Source: Bacteroidales bacterium (GTDB taxonomy: Bacteria; Bacteroidota; Bacteroidia; Bacteroidales; PUMT01). Taken from it: a DNA stretch of 64,000 bases. This document shows, piece after piece, positions 17,867 to 25,558 of this stretch. The position numbers and the translations under genes are program-made. Below the pieces are notes generated by a model. The model had not been told where the DNA came from, ran no database searches, and worked only from the letters and a program-made list of their open reading frames with translations. The stretch spans positions 4,405 to 68,404 of the forward strand of contig SLMM01000014.1 of assembly GCA_007133565.1 (NCBI GenBank), in the 5' to 3' direction. The first letter of the stretch is position 1; the number at the start of each line of letters is the position of its first letter.

Positions 17867-18382
17867 TCAGGATTTACCGGGTTCGTAATCCTCGAGCGCC
17901 TTCATCAGTTTTTTCCTTGAAAAGAAAATTCTGCTTTTAACGGTTCCGATGTTGAGATTCATCTCATCGGCTATCTCTTTATACTTGTAACCTGAGGTAT
18001 GCATTTCGAAAGGAATTCTGAATTCATCCTCAAGGTCCTTGACTTTTTTGTTTATCTCCTCGAGTGATATATTTGCATCGGCTTTATTCTCGGCCGACTC
18101 TCCCGGTTTGTTCAAAAAGTAAAGGTCTTTTGTATTGTCAAAAGCAGTATTCTGCTTTACCGACTTTCGATAGTTGTTTATAAAGGTATTCTTCAAAATA
18201 GTGAACGTCCATGCTTTTAAATTGGATTGATCGGTAAATTGCTCCCTGTATGTTAATGCCTTGAGAAAAGTTTCCTGAACAAGGTCCCTTGCGTCTTCGT
18301 GGTTGGAAGTAAGACTGTATGCGAATCTTTCCAGATTTTTCTCGAGGTTCACGAGTTGATGATTAAATTCTATTGCAGTCAT
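17867..18382 (-). CDS. ECF-type RNA polymerase sigma-70 family factor
   Basis: 171 aa. Region 2 (DLVQETFLKAL...AWTFTILKNTFINNYRK) and region 4 HTH (YKEIADEMNLNIGTVKSRIFFSRKKL). No anti-sigma gene is adjacent. Confidence 0.85.
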   Translation of the reverse strand: MTAIEFNHQLVNLEKNLERFAYSLTSNHEDARDLVQETFLKALTYREQFTDQSNLKAWTFTILKNTFINNYRKSVKQNTAFDNTKDLYFLNKPGESAENKADANISLEEINKKVKDLEDEFRIPFEMHTSGYKYKEIADEMNLNIGTVKSRIFFSRKKLMKALEDYEPGKS

Positions 18383-18414
18383 TGTTGTTCAGTTTTTAGG
18401 TTATTAATGTTTAA

Positions 18415-18422
18415 CAAATATA
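18415..18422 (-). promoter_or_regulatory. Bacteroidota -7 box (TATATTTG) with a -33 TTTG 20 nt upstream, for the ECF sigma gene
   Basis: Minus strand reads TTTG-cacattgtttatttactccg-TATATTTG, 34 nt before the ATG. Matches the TTTG/TAnnTTTG consensus. Confidence 0.5.
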
Positions 18423-18603
18423 CGGAGTAAATAAACAATGTGCAAATATTTTATAAAGAAAAAGTCTAAATAAATGTTAAATAAGCTGTAAATGACTACA
18501 TAGAAGCAAAATAGAATGAATAAAAATTACAAAATGATCAATGAAAATAGCAAAAAAATAAACAAAAATATTAACAAGTCTTTTGAATACTCATTGACAG
18601 ATG

Positions 18604-18640
18604 CAAAAAAACCGCACCCCTTTTTGTTCCAGGTGCGGCT
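18604..18640 (-). terminator. Intrinsic terminator downstream of the MerR/B12 regulator gene
   Basis: Minus strand reads CCGCACC-tggaacaaaaagg-GGTGCGG followed by TTTTTTT. Confidence 0.75.
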
Positions 18641-18665
18641 TGATGCTTGAAAATGCCGGGCTTTT

Positions 18666-19550
18666 TTATTTGAGGGATTTTAATATTTCCCTGAAGTGGG
18701 AAACCGATTCAACCTTAACAAGGTTTTCAGGCAGTGTGCCGTTGATCCTTGCAACCTGCAGCCCGGTATAGAATATTGTTTTGCCAGGAAAGGAAGTTGA
18801 CAGGTTCCTGAGGTATCTCACCAGGTCATTTTCTGTTATGCCGGTTGTAAAGGAGGTGAAAAAATATTCAGCCTTCCGGATTTTTGTAATCTTTTCGAGG
18901 TCTTCGAACGGGACAGCCTGCCCCAGATATATAACATTCATTCCGTTCTTCTTAAGCAGGTAAGAATAGAAAAGCAGTCCGAGTTCATGAAGTTCATTCT
19001 CATGAAGGAACAGTATGAAGCTGACCGTATTGTATGGGGCAACCGGTGCCTGCCCGTCAATTGCAACGATAAGTTTTTGCCGGAGCAGGTTGGCAACGAA
19101 ATGTTCCTGTGCCGGATTTATGGCTCCGGTTTGCCATAACAGCCCTATTTTTTCAAAAAACGGATGCATAAGCTGCACAAGTGTTTCTTCAAATCCGATT
19201 TTAATGATCGAATCATTAAGGATTTTGTCAAACTTCCACTCATCGAGCTCCAGCATTGATATTATCAGGTTTTCGATCTTTATGGCTGTGTCGGCTGTTT
19301 CGCGGGATATGTGTATTACCTTATCCTTAAGTTCGTCAGAGTCCATTTTCGCCAGATGCGATATCTTCAGGCCGTACCGGTTCAGTATCGATATGTTCAG
19401 CAGCTTTTTCAGATCTTCGTCGTTGTACAACCTGATATTTGTATCTGTACGGGCGGGTACTACAATACCGTACCTTTTTTCCCAAATTCTTATTGTATGG
19501 GCTTTTATGCCGGATAGTTCCTCAAGGTCTTTTATGGAATAGGTAGCCAT
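18666..19550 (-). CDS. MerR-family regulator with a CarH-like cobalamin-binding module
   Basis: 294 aa. N-terminal MerR HTH (YSIKDLEELSGIKAHTIRIWEKRYG). W139-x9-E149-H150 (LLWQTGAINPAQEHF) and E186-x-H188-x-x-G191 (ENELHELG) match the Wx9EH and ExHxxG signatures of CarH/LitR B12 photoreceptors. Confidence 0.8.
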   Translation of the reverse strand: MATYSIKDLEELSGIKAHTIRIWEKRYGIVVPARTDTNIRLYNDEDLKKLLNISILNRYGLKISHLAKMDSDELKDKVIHISRETADTAIKIENLIISMLELDEWKFDKILNDSIIKIGFEETLVQLMHPFFEKIGLLWQTGAINPAQEHFVANLLRQKLIVAIDGQAPVAPYNTVSFILFLHENELHELGLLFYSYLLKKNGMNVIYLGQAVPFEDLEKITKIRKAEYFFTSFTTGITENDLVRYLRNLSTSFPGKTIFYTGLQVARINGTLPENLVKVESVSHFREILKSLK

Positions 19551-19580
19551 TTTTTTTAAAGGTGTTAATTATTATTGCCG

Positions 19581-19588
19581 CAAAATTA
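19581..19588 (-). promoter_or_regulatory. -7 box TAATTTTG upstream of the MerR/B12 regulator gene
   Basis: Minus strand reads gtaTAATTTTGcgg, 31 nt before the ATG at 19550. Confidence 0.4.
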
Positions 19589-19654
19589 TACAAAACACTG
19601 ACCCGGAAGTAATTTGTAGAACGATGGATTTGCAGTAATCATAATATAGACAGA

Positions 19655-19702
19655 ATTATTGACATTGATTACGCGTTGCCATAACGTATAACTGTCAATA
19701 AT
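19655..19702. repeat. Perfect 10-bp inverted repeat ATTATTGACA-N28-TGTCAATAAT
   Basis: 19655-19664 is the exact reverse complement of 19693-19702. It lies between the O-methyltransferase stop and the MerR/B12 regulator promoter. Confidence 0.7.
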
Positions 19703-19752
19703 AACAAATAAAACAAAAAAAAGTTTCAAATCTGAAGGCAAGGGCAGATTAT

Positions 19753-20397
19753 TTACTTTTTCCTGATCAGCATGATCCCGTCTCTTACCTGCAACAGCAG
19801 GGTTTCCACCCTGGCGTCTTTTGACACCATTTTGTTGAATTTGTCAATGTAGCCGGTATATTCATCGTTCCGGTATTCGGCTTTGTATACCTTTTCATCC
19901 CACAGAACATTATCGGCTATAATTATGCCTCCTTTTCGTACTTCAGGAAAGACAAGTTCGTAATATTTCTGATATTCTGATTTTTCTCCATCAATAAAAA
20001 CAAGGTCAAAAGGTCCGGCAATCGAGGGAATAATATCAAGAGCGTTGCCGGTGTGCATAATGATTTTTTCATCGAGGCCTGCCTTCCGGATGAAGGAGGC
20101 TGCAAAATCCCTAATCTCATCATTTATGTCTATTGTGTGGAGCACTCCGTTATCACACAGTCCCTTTGCCAGGCATATGGCGGAGTATCCTGTATAGGTG
20201 CCTATTTCCAGGATTTTTGAAGGGGAGATCATGTGGCTGATTATCTCCAGGATTTTGCCCTGGTAATGTCCTGAAAGCATTTTCGGGTTAAGCATTTTCA
20301 GATGGGTCTGCCTGTTCAGCTCTGCCAGCACCGGATCTTCTGGTGAGCAGTGAGAGATAATATACTCTTCTTTTCTGTTACGATGCTCTTCAGTCAT
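19753..20397 (-). CDS. Class I SAM-dependent O-methyltransferase (caffeoyl-CoA OMT/YrrM-like)
   Basis: SAM motif ILEIGTYTGYSAICLA, then DIN..., FDLVFIDGEK and GGIIIADNVLW. The ATG at 20397 (MTEEHRN) is preferred over the track's TTG at 20445. Confidence 0.8.
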   Translation of the reverse strand: MTEEHRNRKEEYIISHCSPEDPVLAELNRQTHLKMLNPKMLSGHYQGKILEIISHMISPSKILEIGTYTGYSAICLAKGLCDNGVLHTIDINDEIRDFAASFIRKAGLDEKIIMHTGNALDIIPSIAGPFDLVFIDGEKSEYQKYYELVFPEVRKGGIIIADNVLWDEKVYKAEYRNDEYTGYIDKFNKMVSKDARVETLLLQVRDGIMLIRKK

Positions 20398-20441
20398 ATT
20401 ACTATAGATATTTGGCAGGTGGCCAGCCCCCGGGGGAACTG

Positions 20442-21671
20442 TCAAATGTATACCAGCTCTGAAAGTGAGCCGGGTTCAAGAACAAGATTGGCTGCTTCAA
20501 GCAAATCAGATGCTGAAATGGCCTCTATCTTGCAATAAACATCTTCCATTGTATCAACCCGGTTGAACAGCAGGTAGCTTTTTCCTATTGCCATCATCAG
20601 ATTCTCCCTGTTCTCCCAGCCTATGGTGAGTTGCCCTTTAAGCTGCCGTTTGGCCCTGTTAAGCTGGAGGGGACTGAGGCGCTTGTTTCTGAGGGCATCA
20701 AATTCCTTAAGGACAACCTGGCGGCATCTTTCAATCTTATCCCTTTCGCACCCGAAATATACACTGAAAACACCGGTATCAGACCATGAGGTGTAGTGCG
20801 ATTCTACATTATAGGCAAACCCGGTCCTTTCCCTCAGGGCCAGGTTGAGCCTGGCACTCATACCGGGTCCGCCAAGTATATTGTTCAGCAGTATCATCGT
20901 CATTCTTCTGCTGTCATGGATGTCGAACGCCCTGTTCCCTGTGATATAGTGAACCTGGTGTGTTTTCCTGCCGACTGTCCTGGATTCGGGTTCATACGCC
21001 CGGTGTCCGTTCCGGATCCGGCCGGTAATGTTAACTGGCACGGGTTCGAGATGTTTTTTTGCATGCTTTATAACAGTCCTGAAATCAAGATCACCGACTG
21101 ATGTAAAAACCATCTGGTTGGTCTGGTAGTTTTGCCCCATGAACCTGATTATGTCGTCGCGGCAGAATTTCATCAGGTGTCCGGGAGTTCCCAGTATGTT
21201 GCGGCCTATAGGGTCATTGCGGAATATCTGTTCCTCAAAATCATCAAAGATCTGGTCAGAAGGGCTGTCAAGGTAAGAAAGTATTTCATCGATTATGACC
21301 TGTTTCTCCCTGTAGAGTTCCTTCTCGGGAAACACCGAATGGAATGTCATATCAGCAATCAGCTCCAGTGACCTTTCAAAATCCTCACGCATAAAAGAAG
21401 AATAAATGCAAGTCTCCTCCTTTCCGGTGTAAGCATTTACCTCTCCTCCCACTGCCTCAAGTCTGCTGATAATATGGTGAGCCCGCCTTTTTTTGGTGCC
21501 TTTGAAGAAAAGGTGTTCAATAAAATGGGCGATCCCCTGCTCCGCCTCATTTTCATCCCTGGAGCCGGCATTGATATATATGCCGCAATGGGCAACCTGT
21601 GAGGGCACCCTGTGATGGATAACCCTTATACCGTTATCAAATTCGTGAGTGTGAAATAACATAAGCCGCAA
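20442..21671 (-). CDS. M16-family (pitrilysin/insulinase-like) zinc peptidase
   Basis: 409 aa with the inverted zinc motif HFIEH (GIAHFIEHLFFKGT). The track start is TTG; an ATG alternative lies at 21662. Confidence 0.85.
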   Translation of the reverse strand: MRLMLFHTHEFDNGIRVIHHRVPSQVAHCGIYINAGSRDENEAEQGIAHFIEHLFFKGTKKRRAHHIISRLEAVGGEVNAYTGKEETCIYSSFMREDFERSLELIADMTFHSVFPEKELYREKQVIIDEILSYLDSPSDQIFDDFEEQIFRNDPIGRNILGTPGHLMKFCRDDIIRFMGQNYQTNQMVFTSVGDLDFRTVIKHAKKHLEPVPVNITGRIRNGHRAYEPESRTVGRKTHQVHYITGNRAFDIHDSRRMTMILLNNILGGPGMSARLNLALRERTGFAYNVESHYTSWSDTGVFSVYFGCERDKIERCRQVVLKEFDALRNKRLSPLQLNRAKRQLKGQLTIGWENRENLMMAIGKSYLLFNRVDTMEDVYCKIEAISASDLLEAANLVLEPGSLSELVYI

Positions 21672-21750
21672 AAGTATAAACCCCTGGCGATAAAAAATAA
21701 TTTTGGCGGATTAACTTTTAATAAAAAGAGTAATTGGGCGGCAAAATCAT

Positions 21751-21780
21751 TTTGAAAAATGTTTTTTTTTAATACATTTG
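21751..21780 (+). promoter_or_regulatory. Bacteroidota promoter for tRNA-Phe (-33 TTTG, -7 TACATTTG)
   Basis: TTTG at 21751-21754, an 18-nt spacer, and TACATTTG at 21773-21780. The tRNA 5' end is at 21793. Confidence 0.6.
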
Positions 21781-21792
21781 CAATCCCTAAAA

Positions 21793-21865
<73 letters not shown>

Positions 21866-21873
21866 CTTCCGGA

Positions 21874-21895
21874 GGCAGCCTTCAGGCTGCCTTTT
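21874..21895 (+). terminator. Intrinsic terminator after tRNA-Phe
   Basis: GGCAGCC-TTCA-GGCTGCC followed by TTTT. Confidence 0.8.
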
Positions 21896-21901
21896 CCCGG
21901 T

Positions 21902-22609
21902 TTATTGCTGATGTTCTTCGAGGGCCCTGTTGATGCGGCGGACAGTTTCCTTAAGCTGCTGTTCATAGCCTGAAACATTTCGTCGCTGCCTGAAGATGCT
22001 CCGCAATTCATTCCTGATCCCGGGGAAAGCCCTGTAAACATCCCTTCTGTTCAAGGTGTCGGGCCTTATGACTATATCACCGGGCAGCACAAGGAAATAG
22101 ACGGGATCAGGTTCCACCTCTGTCAGTTTGTACCTTGAGCGCCCCCGCCTCACATAAACATCTCTTTTACGGGAAACCTGCCTGTAGGCATAGAGGATTA
22201 CAATGTCATCGTAAAGCACCTGTACGAAAATGTCACTTGTACCGAGCATGCTCAAACGGCCTCTTTCAACTTTTGTAAATTCCAGCCTTTCATCCTCTTC
22301 AGGCACATACATTCTGAAACCACTCACCAGGCCCCTGTCAAGCCTTATATGCTGCATCGATCCCTCGTGCAGCCAGAACAGCTCGTCAATCAGACCGTTA
22401 TACCTCAGCCTGACGTTTTCGGCAACCATCCCGTTCTCAAGCATAACATCCCCCCTCATCCATTCATTCCTGAAATATTTCTCTCCTGTATACATGCCCC
22501 GGGACTCCCATACTTCACCGGCAAGCGGCACAAAAATCCCACCATAGCAGAGAGTAACCGTAATCAGGATAAACGCGATATTTGTCGTGATATGCTTTAT
22601 AATAGGCAT
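21902..22609 (-). CDS. Membrane-anchored hypothetical protein (last gene of the TonB-receptor operon)
   Basis: 235 aa, ATG start, one N-terminal hydrophobic helix (IAFILITVTLCYGGIFVPL). Arg-rich C-terminus. No recognisable motif. Starts 10 nt after the upstream gene's stop. Confidence 0.55.
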   Translation of the reverse strand: MPIIKHITTNIAFILITVTLCYGGIFVPLAGEVWESRGMYTGEKYFRNEWMRGDVMLENGMVAENVRLRYNGLIDELFWLHEGSMQHIRLDRGLVSGFRMYVPEEDERLEFTKVERGRLSMLGTSDIFVQVLYDDIVILYAYRQVSRKRDVYVRRGRSRYKLTEVEPDPVYFLVLPGDIVIRPDTLNRRDVYRAFPGIRNELRSIFRQRRNVSGYEQQLKETVRRINRALEEHQQ

Positions 22610-22619
22610 AGATATTTAA

Positions 22620-24440
22620 TTACCTGACAATAAATATTTTTTGCTCAGTGAACCGGGTGCCGCTGCTGGTAACACCCTTAACTCTTATGATAAACGGGCC
22701 GGTCAGGTCACCTGTATAGAAGCTGAATGCCCTGTATTCATCGATGGATCCGGATGCAATAACAGGTTCCCAGTAAAGTGTATGCCTGAAATCAGGATCA
22801 TCATTATTGCCACTGCCATCATAAACCGGCGGATCAATTGTTGACCGCGGTATGAGAGCCGGTATTTCAGAAACCGAATAGGTTCCGTTTGTGACCATAT
22901 CCCTGTATTCGTTGCCGGTACCCGTGATGGAGACAATTCCTGAAAACTCAATTTCGCCATATCGCCACGGGTAGTTATGCACCTCAATCTTTTCTATGTC
23001 GCCCGACCGGAGATGCCTGATGTCTATGAGGTTAACCACATGAACTCCGTTCAGGAACACTGCAGGCGGATCTTCAAAATACTGCCTTGTGCGTGAATTA
23101 ACCAGCCTGGAAAACAGCACCCCGTCCCTCTCTCTTATCTGCCACTGGGGAACCAGTTCCCTGGAAATCTCCGTCAAATCATCCAGTGGAAGAAAATTCG
23201 CCGGAATGACAGTATTCGCGGGTGCCGAATATAACATCGGCCTGCGGTGATCCCACAGGGGAGGCTCAGAAGGCTCATAATGGAAAGAAATGCCGAATAG
23301 TTTGTTAACACTTGTGATATCCTGGCTTTTCCTGATGGCACTTATTAATGCCTGATCCATATTTACCCTTTCGGGGATGAACCCGTCTGCAACCGCAAAC
23401 CTGTCATCGGTCTCAATTTTAATGCCGGCTGACAGGGGGGAGGTGCGGGGACTGATATACACCTCTTCGAGGTCATGGTAGTTATTCAGAGTAAAGCTGA
23501 ACTTTCCGCCGGTATCGGTTATTGAATGGTGCAGGTCAATAATATTGCCGGCGCTGGTCAGGAACATGTCAATCCCTTCAAGCGGCTTTCCTTCGTGAAT
23601 ACATGTGACTTTACCCCTGATTTCAAGTCCGCTCCTGCGGCTGTTACCCTCGTTTGCGGCGACAGTGCTTCCCGGGTCCGGGTTTATCTGGTGTCTGCCA
23701 TATTGTTTACTATAACCGGAGTTTGTTATGGTTTCCGCCCTGGCCACTGTGATGGAGGCCCACAGGGGATATTCCTCACCTGCCGCGGGCTCAATGCCTG
23801 CAATTACCATCTCCCTTGTTCCGTATTCATTCCTGTTTGTTGAAATGGAAACTACACTTTCCCCGGGAAGGACATAACCGCCATTCTCCTGATCCGGGCC
23901 GGAGGTTTCGTGGCCGGTCGTTAATCCTGTTCCCTGGAGCTCGCTATCGGAGCGGTTAACGGTCAGCACCTGCCTGCCTGCGGTTCCCTGGCCGCTTGCT
24001 AACTCTAATTCCTGCAGCTCGGCATCAAACCGGTTCACAACTATAACCTGCCTGCCGGCTGTATTCCGGCCACCGGCACCTCCTGTCATTGCACCGTAAC
24101 AGGCAATCTGATAAATTCCCGTAGAAATAGTGTCTTCCAGGTACAGGCTTCCCCAGGCACGTCCCATGTCAAGCCTTGCTATACCGCTTGTTATTGTTTT
24201 GTTACTGCGGCACCTCAGGACTATGCAGGCCAGCCTGCCATCCTCGCCCGGTGTGTCGTATTCCGGAAGATACATTGAGAAATAGAGCCTTTCGCCAGCT
24301 ATGTAAATGTCCCTGTCAGTAGTCACCGAAGCCGGCGGCAGATTAGCCCCGCCGGCAAACGAGAAAACACTGTTTGTCGCAAAAATCAGCGGAATTAAGA
24401 GAGGCATCAGCAGGCAGTTAATTATTCTGGTTTTCAGCAT
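22620..24440 (-). CDS. Secreted hypothetical protein with an MG2-like N-terminal motif and an internal 26-aa tandem duplication
   Basis: The ATG at 24440 gives the signal peptide MLKTRIINCLLMPLLIPLIFATNSVFSFA. TDRDIYIAGERLYFSMYL resembles the opening strand of macroglobulin MG2-type domains. The rest is unassigned. Confidence 0.6.
   Translation of the reverse strand: MLKTRIINCLLMPLLIPLIFATNSVFSFAGGANLPPASVTTDRDIYIAGERLYFSMYLPEYDTPGEDGRLACIVLRCRSNKTITSGIARLDMGRAWGSLYLEDTISTGIYQIACYGAMTGGAGGRNTAGRQVIVVNRFDAELQELELASGQGTAGRQVLTVNRSDSELQGTGLTTGHETSGPDQENGGYVLPGESVVSISTNRNEYGTREMVIAGIEPAAGEEYPLWASITVARAETITNSGYSKQYGRHQINPDPGSTVAANEGNSRRSGLEIRGKVTCIHEGKPLEGIDMFLTSAGNIIDLHHSITDTGGKFSFTLNNYHDLEEVYISPRTSPLSAGIKIETDDRFAVADGFIPERVNMDQALISAIRKSQDITSVNKLFGISFHYEPSEPPLWDHRRPMLYSAPANTVIPANFLPLDDLTEISRELVPQWQIRERDGVLFSRLVNSRTRQYFEDPPAVFLNGVHVVNLIDIRHLRSGDIEKIEVHNYPWRYGEIEFSGIVSITGTGNEYRDMVTNGTYSVSEIPALIPRSTIDPPVYDGSGNNDDPDFRHTLYWEPVIASGSIDEYRAFSFYTGDLTGPFIIRVKGVTSSGTRFTEQKIFIVR
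23907..24062 (-). repeat. Imperfect tandem duplication, 2 x 78 nt (26 aa)
   Basis: TAGRQVIVVNRFDAELQELELASGQG / TAGRQVLTVNRSDSELQGTGLTTGHE (15/26 identical). At DNA level, cctgGagctcg..ggttAac..cctgcctgc recurs at a 78-nt offset. Confidence 0.8.
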
Positions 24441-24454
24441 GGCCAACCCTGTTA

Positions 24455-25558
24455 TTAGTCCACCCAGAAATCAGGCGGTTCGATAAAAGTTTTTCCAAAA
24501 TCCGGTATATGATGAAGATCATCCGTTTCCCTTAAAGGATAGAACTCCTGCCATGGTGTTTCCACAACCACCCAGGATTTCCGGGTAACCCTGGAGACCT
24601 CAAAATGGCCCAGCGCAAGCTTTCCCTTCCCTGACAGGGAATATATATTGGAAGGAAGCTGTTTTGCCATCGGGTCAAAGAGCCTCCCTTCCGAATGGAT
24701 CTGCTCATGAATAGCACTGTAGAAATTCCAGCTCTCCTCGTTAAGAGAGTACATCCTGAAAAGCAGGACTCTTCTGTGCGGGCGAAAATCATCTTCCCAA
24801 TCGATATGCAGATCTTCTTTTCTCATAGACATGAAAGTTACCTCATGATCTTTTACGGTAGCTGAACCTTGCCCGAATGTCTCCATATTTATATTGATGT
24901 TGTCGGGCATATACAGCTTTTTCCAGAGGAAATTCTGGTGGTTCGCAAAAGTCTGGGTGTAAAGGAGCAGGTCCTGGGTCACCAGCCTGAATAGCGGCTT
25001 TTCAATCCCGGTACCGCTGATATCGGCAATAACATCGAGGCCGGGGATCATTCGCACGGAATAGGTCCCCTGATGTGACTGCATCAGCCGTTCTTTCTCC
25101 GTCTTTCTTGCAAGGATAGTGTCCAGGGATACCCTGCCGGGAAGGTTTTGCTCAGCAGATTCATAATCGTGGCCGTTGGCAGTTATAATATGAAGCCGGT
25201 AGCTTCTCCCCTCCACCGCAATGAGATCTGGCGTTGAATAGTAATGCCCGGGCGATTCTTCACTGAATTCAAACCGGTTTCCGGTATCGTCAGAAACGGT
25301 TATTGATGCACCACGTATATAGGTGGGGCCGATTGCATTTAACCCGGACAGGTTCTCAGCAGCCTCCCCCTCCCATATCAGTCCGGTACCGGTCAGTTTG
25401 ATAAGGTGCGGGCCCGGTTTGTCTGTGAGAAGACCCTCGACAACTATCACCTCCTCAGGGTTCCGTGGCTCATGCCTGTAAATCTCCCTGCAGGAGGTAA
25501 ACACAGCCTGATGCATTATGAGGTATATATATATTATATATATTGTTGTTCGCTTCAT
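24455..25558 (-). CDS. DUF4249-family lipoprotein
   Basis: 367 aa. Lipobox-like VFTSC followed by VIVVEGLLTDKPGPHLIKLTGT, the pattern I associate with DUF4249. Classic position directly after a CarboxypepD_reg-type TonB-dependent receptor. Its ATG overlaps the receptor stop (TGATG). Confidence 0.65.
   Translation of the reverse strand: MKRTTIYIIYIYLIMHQAVFTSCREIYRHEPRNPEEVIVVEGLLTDKPGPHLIKLTGTGLIWEGEAAENLSGLNAIGPTYIRGASITVSDDTGNRFEFSEESPGHYYSTPDLIAVEGRSYRLHIITANGHDYESAEQNLPGRVSLDTILARKTEKERLMQSHQGTYSVRMIPGLDVIADISGTGIEKPLFRLVTQDLLLYTQTFANHQNFLWKKLYMPDNININMETFGQGSATVKDHEVTFMSMRKEDLHIDWEDDFRPHRRVLLFRMYSLNEESWNFYSAIHEQIHSEGRLFDPMAKQLPSNIYSLSGKGKLALGHFEVSRVTRKSWVVVETPWQEFYPLRETDDLHHIPDFGKTFIEPPDFWVD

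Noticed and set aside
18400-18445. CarH-type operator (tandem 11-bp nAnnTnnACAn direct repeats) in the ECF sigma promoter.
   Set aside because: One 11-mer (TAAATAAACAA, 18428-18438) fits the pattern, but the adjacent 11-mers do not. In such AT-rich DNA a single match is expected by chance.
25524-25543. A (TA)n-like microsatellite, TATATATATAT+TATATATAT, at the 5' end of the DUF4249 gene as a phase-variation tract.
   Set aside because: The tract is interrupted, at most about 5 units each. It encodes a plausible hydrophobic signal-peptide segment (IYIIYIYLI). It is too short and impure to argue for slippage without read-level evidence.
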